Origin: an uncultured Tenacibaculum sp.
GTDB taxonomy: Bacteria; Bacteroidota; Bacteroidia; Flavobacteriales; Flavobacteriaceae
DNA length: 64,000 bases
Assembly: GCA_947497895.1 (NCBI GenBank)
Contig: CANMIL010000014.1
Span: 27,308 to 91,307 of the forward strand
Reading direction: 5' to 3'
Under the pieces are notes generated by a model. It saw nothing but the letters and a program-made list of their open reading frames with translations, ran no database searches and was not told where the DNA came from. A program made the position numbers and the translations under genes. How positions within the stretch are numbered: the stretch's first letter is position 1; the number at the start of each line of letters is the position of its first letter. This document shows positions 31,740 to 40,240 of this stretch, piece after piece.

Positions 31740-32060
31740 ATGGATTATAAAGAAACGAAAGCACCTGTAAGTACAATTACTTATGATAAAGAAGCTATCG
31801 AGCAACCAACAGAGAATATCTATGAGGCAATTTCTATTATAGCTAAAAGAGCTACTCAAATCAATTCTGATTTGAAAAAGGAATTGGTAGATAAACTTGA
31901 TGAGTTTGCAACTTATAATGATAGTTTAGAAGAAGTTTTTGAAAACAAAGAGCAAATAGAGGTTTCTAAATTCTATGAGCGTTTACCAAAGCCACATGCA
32001 ATTGCAGTAGAAGAGTGGTTGGATGGAGACGTTTACTTCAGATCACCAGACAATAAATAG
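31740..32060 (+). CDS. rpoZ: RNA polymerase omega-subunit-like protein
   Basis: 106 aa. NIYEAISIIAKRATQIN resembles the Rpb6/omega core helix. Confidence 0.65.
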   Translation: MDYKETKAPVSTITYDKEAIEQPTENIYEAISIIAKRATQINSDLKKELVDKLDEFATYNDSLEEVFENKEQIEVSKFYERLPKPHAIAVEEWLDGDVYFRSPDNK

Positions 32061-32061
32061 T

Positions 32062-33270
32062 ATGTCTATACTTAGCGGTAAAAAAGTTTTATTAGCCGTT
32101 AGCGGTGGAATTGCCGCATACAAAACGGCAGGTTTAGTCCGCTTATTCATAAAATCAGGCGCAGAGGTCAAAGTAATAATGACTCCTGCGTCTAAAGATT
32201 TTATTACTCCACTTACTTTATCTACACTTTCTAAAAATCCTGTTCATTCTACATTTTATGATGAAGAAGAAAATGATTTATGGAATAATCACGTTGAATT
32301 AGGTTTGTGGGCAGATGTTATGGTTATAGCACCTGCTACGGCAAATACGCTGTCTAAAATGACAAATGGAGTTTGCGATAATCTAGTGTTAGCTACTTAT
32401 TTGTCTGCTAAATGCCCTATCTATTTTGCACCAGCGATGGATTTAGATATGTACAAACATCCTTCAACAAAAAATAGCTTAGAGAAACTTCAAAGTTTTG
32501 GAAATATTATGATTCCTGCAACTTCAGGTGAGTTAGCTAGTGGTTTAGTAGGAGAGGGAAGAATGGCAGAACCTGAAGATATCGTAGATTTTATAGAGAA
32601 GGATATTGTGTCAAAATTACCTTTAAGAAATAAAAAGGTTTTAATAACGGCAGGTCCAACGTATGAAGCTATTGATCCTGTTCGGTTTATTGGTAACCAT
32701 TCTTCTGGTAAAATGGGATTTGAGTTGGCAAAATCGGCTGCGAACCTTGGTGCAGAAGTTATACTCGTAAGCGGACCGAGTTCTCAAAAAGTAAAGCATT
32801 CTTTTATAAATAGAGTTGATGTGAAGTCGGCTGAAGATATGTATCAGGCTTGCCATATGCATTATGGAGATGCTGATATTGCTATTTTATCTGCGGCGGT
32901 AGCTGATTATAGACCAAAAAATGTTGCCGATAAGAAAATAAAAAAGAAGGATGCAGCGTTAACTATTGAGTTAGAACCAACAAAAGATATTTTAAAATCT
33001 TTAGGTGAAATAAAAAAGAATCAATTATTAGTAGGTTTTGCATTAGAAACCAATAATGAGTTGGAAAATGCAAAAAGTAAAATCACTAGGAAAAACTTAG
33101 ATCTAATTGTATTAAATTCTTTAAGAGATAAGGGAGCTGGATTTGCTACAGATACAAATAAAATTACTATTATTGATAAGGATTTAAATCCTAAAAGGTT
33201 TGACCTGAAACCTAAAAATGAGGTTGCTAACGATATAATTAATGAAATAATATTAAAGTTACATGCGTAA
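32062..33270 (+). CDS. coaBC: Bifunctional phosphopantothenoylcysteine decarboxylase / synthetase
   Basis: Flavoprotein N-domain (KKVLLAVSGGIAAYK, PATANTLSKM) and CoaB domain (ITAGPTYEAIDPVRFIGNHSSGKMG). Start moved to ATG 32062, giving 402 aa. Confidence 0.93.
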   Translation: MSILSGKKVLLAVSGGIAAYKTAGLVRLFIKSGAEVKVIMTPASKDFITPLTLSTLSKNPVHSTFYDEEENDLWNNHVELGLWADVMVIAPATANTLSKMTNGVCDNLVLATYLSAKCPIYFAPAMDLDMYKHPSTKNSLEKLQSFGNIMIPATSGELASGLVGEGRMAEPEDIVDFIEKDIVSKLPLRNKKVLITAGPTYEAIDPVRFIGNHSSGKMGFELAKSAANLGAEVILVSGPSSQKVKHSFINRVDVKSAEDMYQACHMHYGDADIAILSAAVADYRPKNVADKKIKKKDAALTIELEPTKDILKSLGEIKKNQLLVGFALETNNELENAKSKITRKNLDLIVLNSLRDKGAGFATDTNKITIIDKDLNPKRFDLKPKNEVANDIINEIILKLHA

Positions 33271-34153
33271 GTTTTACTTTTTAGCGTTCATATGTTTTGC
33301 ATCTTTTGCTGTGAATTCACAGGAATTAAATGCTTTGGTTACAATTAACACAGAAAAAATTCAAAGTTCGAATAAACAAGTCTATACAACACTTGAAACC
33401 GCGTTAACTGAATTTATTAACCAAAAACAGTGGACCGATAAAAAGTTTAAACTTCAAGAGCGTATTAACTGTGCATTTACAATCATTGTAAATGAGCAAA
33501 ATGGAAATAACTTTTCTGCTAGTTTACAAATACAGGCAACAAGACCAGTATATAACTCTTCTTATGCTAGTCCTATATTAAATATTAACGATACTAATTT
33601 TAATTTCAGGTATAACGAGTTCGATCCATTGATATACAATCCTAATATATACGATTCGAATTTAGTTTCGATGATTGCTTTTTATGCTTATATGATTATT
33701 GGGGTAGATGCAGATACCTTTGCAGAAAAAGGAGGTCAAGAATATTTGAAACAGGCAGAGAATGCAATGTTACAAGCACAATCAAATGGTGAATCTGGTT
33801 GGCAAAACCAAATAGGTGAACAAAATAGATTTGCTTTAATTGATAGCCTGTTGTCAGAGAAATTCGCGCCTTTAAGAACGATCTATTACAATTATCATAG
33901 AAATGGTTTCGATAGTATGACCAACAACTTGGACGAAGCCAAACAAGCAATAGAAAGAAGTGTTATCGATCTTGATAAACTTCATAACATTACTGTAGGT
34001 AATTATATGATTCGAGTTTTTCTTGATGCAAAAGCTGACGAAATAGTGAGTGTTTTTTCAGATGGGAAACCTACAAGAAATCAGCAAAAAATGTTAACAG
34101 TGCTACAAACTATTTCTCCTACTTATGAAAATAAGTGGGAAAAAATAAAATAA
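33263..34153 (+). CDS. DUF4835-family protein (PorD-like, type IX secretion-associated)
   Basis: 296 aa with a signal peptide (AVNSQ). The N-terminal pattern LNALVTINTEKIQSSNKQVYTTLETAL and the coaBC-recN neighbourhood fit the DUF4835 family as I recall it. It overlaps coaBC by 8 nt. Confidence 0.6.
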   Translation: MRKFYFLAFICFASFAVNSQELNALVTINTEKIQSSNKQVYTTLETALTEFINQKQWTDKKFKLQERINCAFTIIVNEQNGNNFSASLQIQATRPVYNSSYASPILNINDTNFNFRYNEFDPLIYNPNIYDSNLVSMIAFYAYMIIGVDADTFAEKGGQEYLKQAENAMLQAQSNGESGWQNQIGEQNRFALIDSLLSEKFAPLRTIYYNYHRNGFDSMTNNLDEAKQAIERSVIDLDKLHNITVGNYMIRVFLDAKADEIVSVFSDGKPTRNQQKMLTVLQTISPTYENKWEKIK

Positions 34154-34226
34154 ACTTTTCCGACTTAATTTACATTTCTTAATTCAGTCAAAATTCTTAC
34201 TTTTATTGCATTCAAAGAGTTAGAAT

Positions 34227-35882
34227 TTGCTTACACATTTATCAATACATAACTATGCTTTAATCAATCAATTATCGATTGATTTTACAAAAGGGTTGTC
34301 TATAATAACAGGAGAAACGGGAGCTGGAAAATCCATTTTATTAGGTGCGTTAGGACTTGTAATGGGAAATAGGGCTGATTTATCATCTTTAAAAAACACA
34401 GAAAAAAAGTGTGTTGTAGAGGCGGAGTTCGCGCTAAATGGCTATGATCTTAATAGTATTTTTGAAGAGTTAGATATAGATTATGAAGATGATACAATCA
34501 TCAGAAGAGAAATTTTACCATCTGGAAAATCTAGGGCTTTTGTAAATGATACTCCTGTACGATTATCAGTTTTGTCAACACTTAAAGCTCGATTAATTGA
34601 TATTCACTCACAGCATCAAACACTTGAGTTGTCAGACGAAGGTTTTCAATATTCTATATTAGATGCTCTTGCTAAAAATAGTGCTAAAATTGCTTCTTAT
34701 AAAAGGGGATTAAGAAAGTACAACTCTTTAAAGAAAGCATTAAAAGAACTTCAAGAAGAAGCACAAAAGTCAACAGAGCAGTACGAGTATAATTTGCACT
34801 TGTTTAATGAATTAGAAGAGGCTAGTCTACAGTTAGGTGAGCAACAAGCGCTTGAAGAAAAATTAGATAAGCTGAACAATATTGAAGATATCAAACTCAA
34901 CTTATCGGAAAGTCTACATATAGTAATTAACGAAGAGTTAGGCCTACAAACACAATTGAACTCCTTAGAAAATAAATTACAAAAAATTAGCGGGTATGCT
35001 AATGAATATGAAGAACTATTTTCAAGAATTGCAAGTGTAAAAATTGAGCTAGACGATGTTGTTACTGAGTTAGAGTCAGAGAATGAAAAAGTAGATTTTA
35101 ATCCAGCGGAGATAGAAGAATTGAATGATAGACTTCAACTAATTTATAGTTTACAAAAAAAGCATTCTGTTGGTACTATTGATGAATTAATAAAAATTCA
35201 TGAAGATTTAGGTGAAAAGGTGGCTCAAGTGGAAGGCGCTAGTGACCTAATTCAGAATAAGGAAAAAGAAATTAGTGAGGTGGCAAGTAAACTTGATGAT
35301 TTAGCAATGGTCATCATGAATAAAAGGAATAAAGCCATTATTCCTTTGAAGAAGGAACTAAAGTATTTATTGACAGAGTTGGGAATGCCGAATGCTGAGT
35401 TTCTTATTGAGGTAAAACCAAGTGAAACTTTTAATAGTTTCGGGAAGGATGAACTAATATTCTTATTTTCAGCGAATAAAGGAGGTAACTTTGGTGAGTT
35501 AAAGAAAGTGGCTTCGGGAGGTGAACTTTCAAGAATAATGCTATCCATAAAAAATATATTATCTAAGAACGTTCAATTACCAACCATTATTTTTGATGAG
35601 ATAGATACGGGGGTTTCTGGAGAGGTTTCAAACAAGATTGCTACCATTATGAATGATATGGCCAATCATATGCAGGTAATTACAATTACCCATTTACCAC
35701 AAATAGCTTCTCAAGGCCAGCAGCATTACAAAGTTTATAAAGGTGAAGAAAATGGAGTAACAACATCTAATTTGAGGTTGTTGAGTTATGACGATAGAGT
35801 TGCCGAGATTGCGGAAATGTTAAGTGGAAAAGATTATTCTGAAAGTGCTTTAACACATGCAAAAGAATTACTCACTAAGTAA
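34227..35882 (+). CDS. recN: DNA repair protein RecN
   Basis: 551 aa with a TTG start (MLTHLSIHNYALI). Walker A is GETGAGKSIL, followed by a long coiled coil, the signature ASGGELSRIML and Walker B IIFDEIDTG. Confidence 0.93.
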   Translation: MLTHLSIHNYALINQLSIDFTKGLSIITGETGAGKSILLGALGLVMGNRADLSSLKNTEKKCVVEAEFALNGYDLNSIFEELDIDYEDDTIIRREILPSGKSRAFVNDTPVRLSVLSTLKARLIDIHSQHQTLELSDEGFQYSILDALAKNSAKIASYKRGLRKYNSLKKALKELQEEAQKSTEQYEYNLHLFNELEEASLQLGEQQALEEKLDKLNNIEDIKLNLSESLHIVINEELGLQTQLNSLENKLQKISGYANEYEELFSRIASVKIELDDVVTELESENEKVDFNPAEIEELNDRLQLIYSLQKKHSVGTIDELIKIHEDLGEKVAQVEGASDLIQNKEKEISEVASKLDDLAMVIMNKRNKAIIPLKKELKYLLTELGMPNAEFLIEVKPSETFNSFGKDELIFLFSANKGGNFGELKKVASGGELSRIMLSIKNILSKNVQLPTIIFDEIDTGVSGEVSNKIATIMNDMANHMQVITITHLPQIASQGQQHYKVYKGEENGVTTSNLRLLSYDDRVAEIAEMLSGKDYSESALTHAKELLTK

Positions 35883-36094
35883 TAGTTAAATGTTTAGACA
35901 TAAATGATGAAAGATTAATGATAGTTTTCTCTGAATATTCGTAGGCTTACTCCGAGGTGATAGACCTCCAAATAAGATTAAAAAATATTTAACTGAAAAC
36001 TATTTAATAGAGTAACTTTGAACAATCAACATAATAGAATGTTGAACATAAATTAAATCGAAAAGAACAAATTAACTTAATTAAGATAAAGGTT

Positions 36095-36102
36095 TATATT
36101 TG
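36095..36102 (+). promoter_or_regulatory. Candidate -7 element (TATATTTG)
   Basis: Exact TAnnTTTG match 35 nt upstream of the fabI ATG. This is a motif match only. Confidence 0.3.
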
Positions 36103-36137
36103 CCTTTACAAATAACTAAAGAAAAGACTACGATATT

Positions 36138-36950
36138 ATGTATAATTTATTAAAAGGAAAGAAAGGAATCATTTTTGGTGCTTTAAACGAGCACTCGATT
36201 GCATGGAAAGTAGCTGAAAGAGCCCACGAAGAGGGAGCGGAGTTTGTATTGACAAACGCACCAATCGCTATGCGTATGGGAGAAATTAATACTTTAGCCG
36301 AAAAAACAGGTTCTCAAGTAATTCCTGCTGATGCAACTTCTGTGGAAGACTTAACAAACTTAGTAGAGAAGTCAATGGAAATTTTAGGAGGTAAAATAGA
36401 TTTCGTTTTACACTCTATCGGAATGTCAGTAAACGTTCGTAAAGGTCGTCACTATACAGATTCTAAGTATGATTTTACTCATAAAGGATTTGACGTTTCG
36501 GCTTTATCTTTCCACAAAACAATGAACGTATTATACAATAAAAAAGCCATGAACGAATGGGGTAGTATTGTTGCTTTAACATATATGGCAGCACAAAGAG
36601 TATTCCCTGATTATAATGATATGGCTGATAATAAAGCGTACTTAGAGTCTATTGCTCGTAGTTTCGGATATTTCTTCGGAAGAGATCATAAAGTACGTGT
36701 AAATACAGTTTCTCAATCGCCTACACCAACTACTGCAGGTAGTGGAGTAAAAGGATTTGATGGATTTATTTCTTATGCAGAAAAGATGTCTCCATTAGGA
36801 AATGCAACAGCATTAGAATGTGCGGACTATACAATATCTTTATTCTCTGATTTAACTAAAAAAGTTACATTACAAAACCTTTTCCATGATGGAGGTTTCT
36901 CAAATATGGGAGTAAGTGACGCAGTAATGGAGAAGTTTACAGAAGAATAG
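36138..36950 (+). CDS. fabI: Enoyl-[acyl-carrier-protein] reductase (NADH), FabI
   Basis: 270 aa with LKGKKGIIFGALNEHSIAW, HSIGMS and a Y-x6-K region (YMAAQRVFPDYNDMADNKA). Confidence 0.9.
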   Translation: MYNLLKGKKGIIFGALNEHSIAWKVAERAHEEGAEFVLTNAPIAMRMGEINTLAEKTGSQVIPADATSVEDLTNLVEKSMEILGGKIDFVLHSIGMSVNVRKGRHYTDSKYDFTHKGFDVSALSFHKTMNVLYNKKAMNEWGSIVALTYMAAQRVFPDYNDMADNKAYLESIARSFGYFFGRDHKVRVNTVSQSPTPTTAGSGVKGFDGFISYAEKMSPLGNATALECADYTISLFSDLTKKVTLQNLFHDGGFSNMGVSDAVMEKFTEE

Positions 36951-36980
36951 AATTTTTACATAAAATTTTAGAATATTAGA

Positions 36981-37008
36981 AAAAGCAAATCGTTAGATTT
37001 GCTTTTTT
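36981..37008 (+). terminator. Intrinsic terminator after fabI
   Basis: GCAAATC-GTTA-GATTTGC followed by T6. Confidence 0.75.
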
Positions 37009-37174
37009 ATTTGAACCTATCTAAATAACAAGAAAGTGTTGCTAAAAAGTTTGGTTTAAGGGTAAGCTTTTTTAGAAAAATTAAATTTGTAATAAATAAG
37101 AGATAGTGTCAAACTGAACTCATTTAAACACAGTATAGTTTAAAGGAATTCATTAAAATAGAGAATACAATAGA

Positions 37175-37963
37175 ATGAGCAAAATTACATTAATAGAGGA
37201 GGAGTTAGCGACGTTAAGAACGCAGTTAAAAGAGCATGAGTTATACAAGTCGTTAAATGATATTGAAGATGTACGTTTATTTATGCAAGAACATGTTTTT
37301 GCTGTTTGGGACTTCATGTCTTTGTTAAAAGCATTGCAGCAAGAATTGACATGTATAAGTCTACCTTGGCTTCCAGTTGTAAACCCTAAAACGGCAAGAT
37401 TTATAAACGAAATTGTCTTAGGAGAAGAAACAGATGTAAATGAACTAGGAGAACCTAAAAGTCATTTTGAAATGTATGTAGACGCTATGCGTCAAACAAA
37501 AGCAAATACTAAGGAAATTGCATCGTTCGTTTCAAAAATAATCGATGGAGAAGATATCGACGAGGTTCTATCATCACTTGATATTACTCAAGAAACCAGA
37601 GATTTTGTTCTTTTCACATTTGAAGTTATTAAAACGAAGCAACCACATATTATAGCCTCTAGCTTTACTTTTGGTAGAGAAGATGTAATTCCAGATATGT
37701 TTTTAGAAATAGTTAAGAATACTGAAGAAAAGGAACAAGTGGACTATGGTAAACTTACCTACTATTTAAACAGACATATTGAATTAGATGGTGACGAACA
37801 TGGTCCTTTATCATTACAAATGATTGAAGAATTATGTGGAGATGATGAACAAAAGTGGAATGACGTATTGTATTATGCTAAAGCATCTTTAGAAAAAAGA
37901 GTTAATCTTTGGAATGGAATAGAAAGAAAATTGTTACAGAATAAAGAAGCCATTTTAAGTTAA
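37175..37963 (+). CDS. DUF3050-family (haem-oxygenase-like fold) protein
   Basis: 262 aa. HELYKSLNDIEDVRLFMQEHVFAVWDFMSLLKALQ matches my recollection of DUF3050. Confidence 0.65.
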   Translation: MSKITLIEEELATLRTQLKEHELYKSLNDIEDVRLFMQEHVFAVWDFMSLLKALQQELTCISLPWLPVVNPKTARFINEIVLGEETDVNELGEPKSHFEMYVDAMRQTKANTKEIASFVSKIIDGEDIDEVLSSLDITQETRDFVLFTFEVIKTKQPHIIASSFTFGREDVIPDMFLEIVKNTEEKEQVDYGKLTYYLNRHIELDGDEHGPLSLQMIEELCGDDEQKWNDVLYYAKASLEKRVNLWNGIERKLLQNKEAILS

Positions 37964-37967
37964 AAAT

Positions 37968-38975
37968 ATGAGTTTATATTTATCTATTGTTGTTCCAGTT
38001 TATAACAGACCTAATGAAATTGATGAATTATTAGAAAGTCTTACAAAGCAGGATTATAATAAAGATTATGAAATTGTGATTGTAGAAGACGGATCGGATG
38101 ATTCCTCAGAACAAGTGGTTAAGAAATACAATGATTTAAATATAAACTATTTATATAAACCTAATTCAGGGCCTGGTGATTCTAGAAACTATGGAATGCG
38201 AAGGGCTTCTGGTAATTATTATATCATTCTCGATTCGGATGTGATATTACCATCTCATTATTTAAGAGCAATTGATGAATTTCTGGAAGATTCCTATGTA
38301 GATTGTTTTGGTGGAGCTGACGCCGCTCATGAGAGTTTTACGATACTCCAAAAAGCAATCAATTATGTGATGACTTCATTTTTGACCACAGGAGGAATAA
38401 GAGGAAGTAAGAATAAGATTCAGAAGTTTGAACCTCGTAGTTTTAATATGGGAATTTCTAAAGAGGCTTTTGAAAAAACAAATGGTTTTGCTAGAATTCA
38501 CCCTGGTGAGGATCCAGATCTATCGAGAAGAATAGAGAAAGCTGGATTTGAAACTACCTTTTTACCGGATGCACACGTTTTTCACAAAAGAAGAATTTCG
38601 TGGGATAAATTTTACACTCAGGTGAAAAAATTTGGAACGGTGAGACCAATTTTATCGAGTTGGCATCCGAAGACAAAGAAAATAACGTTTTGGTTTCCTA
38701 CAATGTTCGTTTTTTTTACATTAGGATCAGTACTATCGGCTCTTGTGTTGAAAAATATTTGGTTTATTGTTCCATTGTTATCTTACTTACTTCTTTTACT
38801 TATTCATTCTACATTTTTAAATAAGAGCCTAAAAGTAGGACTTTGGTCTGTATATGCTGTTTTTATCCAGTTTTTCGGGTATGGTATAGCTTTCTTAAAA
38901 TCTACTTTTTACATACGCTTACTCAAAAGAGATCCAGAACAGCAATTTCCTAATTACTTTTTTAAGAAAAATTAG
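37968..38975 (+). CDS. Family-2 glycosyltransferase with a C-terminal membrane domain
   Basis: 335 aa with LSIVVPVYNR, VIVEDGSDD and ILDSD (D-x-D), plus three or four C-terminal TM helices. Confidence 0.85.
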   Translation: MSLYLSIVVPVYNRPNEIDELLESLTKQDYNKDYEIVIVEDGSDDSSEQVVKKYNDLNINYLYKPNSGPGDSRNYGMRRASGNYYIILDSDVILPSHYLRAIDEFLEDSYVDCFGGADAAHESFTILQKAINYVMTSFLTTGGIRGSKNKIQKFEPRSFNMGISKEAFEKTNGFARIHPGEDPDLSRRIEKAGFETTFLPDAHVFHKRRISWDKFYTQVKKFGTVRPILSSWHPKTKKITFWFPTMFVFFTLGSVLSALVLKNIWFIVPLLSYLLLLLIHSTFLNKSLKVGLWSVYAVFIQFFGYGIAFLKSTFYIRLLKRDPEQQFPNYFFKKN

Positions 38976-38977
38976 TT

Positions 38978-39104
38978 CGATTGTCCGTTATTCGTCTTAT
39001 TTATACTATTACCGTCATTCCGAATTTATTTCGGAATCTCATCATTTTATAAAACAAATATTTATGATGAGCAACTGAAACAAGTTCAGGTTGACTGATA
39101 CGAT
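38978..39104. repeat. Triple-hairpin MITE/REP-like intergenic element, copy A
   Basis: Shares a collinear block of about 125 nt with 43191-43322. The core is GTCATTCCGAATTTATTTCGGAATCTCATCAT...TGATGAG..CTGAAACAAGTTCAGGTT. Three consecutive stems: ATTCCGAA/TTCGGAAT, CTCATCAT/ATGATGAG and CTGAA/TTCAG. Confidence 0.75.
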
Positions 39105-39193
39105 ATATTATTAATTACGGAAAGCCAATATTTAAATCGGGATAATTGATAGATTCCAATGAAGTTCTTATTTTTGGTGAAAATAATTCTACA

Positions 39194-40135
39194 TTGAAAA
39201 AAATATTAGTTACTGGAGGGGCTGGTTTTATTGGTTCTCACCTTTGTGAAAGACTATTAAATGAAGGAAATGAGGTAATATGTTTGGACAACTACTTTAC
39301 AGGAAGTAAGAAAAACATTTTACATTTAATGGATAATCCATTTTTTGAATTAGTTCGCCATGATGTTACAGAACCTTATTATGCGGAAGTTGACGAGATA
39401 TATAATTTAGCTTGTCCAGCGTCACCAATACATTATCAGCATGATCCAATAAAAACCATCAAAACTTCGGTTGTTGGGGCAACTAATATGTTAGGATTAG
39501 CGAAGAGAGTAAATGCTAAAATTTTACAAGCATCTACGAGTGAAGTTTATGGAGATCCAAAGATTCATCCACAACCTGAAAGTTACTGGGGACATGTGAA
39601 TCCAATTGGTTTACGTTCTTGCTATGATGAAGGTAAAAGGTGTGCTGAATCGCTATTTATTAACTATCATAAGCAAAACAATGTTCGTATTAAAATCATA
39701 AGAATTTTTAATACATATGGAACTAGAATGAATACGAATGATGGTAGAGTTATTTCAAATTTCATTGTTCAAGCTTTAAAGGGAGAGGATATTACTATTT
39801 ACGGAGATGGATCTCAAACACGAAGCTTTCAATATGTTGATGATTTAATTGAAGGAATGATTCGAATGATGAATACACCTGAAAATGTTGTTGGACCCGT
39901 GAATATTGGAAACCCGTTAGAATTTTCAATTGGGCAATTAGCGAATGAAATTATTCGATTAACAAATTCATCGTCTAAGATTATTTATAAGCCTTTACCA
40001 GAAGATGATCCAATGCAGCGTAAACCTGATATTACATTGGCAAAAAGTATCTTGAATGATTGGAAACCGGTTGTTGGTTTGGAAGAAGGTTTAAAGAAGG
40101 TAATTACCTATTTTGATAATGTTTTAAAAGAATAA
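39194..40135 (+). CDS. UDP-glucuronate decarboxylase (UDP-xylose synthase), SDR family
   Basis: [24 protein letters not shown] and a YDEGKR (Y-x3-K) motif. The track start is TTG 39146. I prefer TTG 39194 (MKKILVTGG...), giving 313 aa. The start remains uncertain. Confidence 0.86.
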   Translation: MKKILVTGGAGFIGSHLCERLLNEGNEVICLDNYFTGSKKNILHLMDNPFFELVRHDVTEPYYAEVDEIYNLACPASPIHYQHDPIKTIKTSVVGATNMLGLAKRVNAKILQASTSEVYGDPKIHPQPESYWGHVNPIGLRSCYDEGKRCAESLFINYHKQNNVRIKIIRIFNTYGTRMNTNDGRVISNFIVQALKGEDITIYGDGSQTRSFQYVDDLIEGMIRMMNTPENVVGPVNIGNPLEFSIGQLANEIIRLTNSSSKIIYKPLPEDDPMQRKPDITLAKSILNDWKPVVGLEEGLKKVITYFDNVLKE

Positions 40136-40185
40136 AATTAAGTGTTTTAGATGTGATTATGGATTTATTATATTAAAATAAAATC

Positions 40186-40223
40186 AAAAAACCGTCCAAG
40201 GAATATGCCTTGGACGGTTTTTG
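40186..40223. terminator. Bidirectional terminator between convergent genes
   Basis: AACCGTCCAAGG (40190-201) pairs with CCTTGGACGGTT (40208-219), a perfect 12-bp stem. An A run precedes it and a T run follows. Confidence 0.75.
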
Positions 40224-40240
40224 TTTTATATCAGGTCTAT

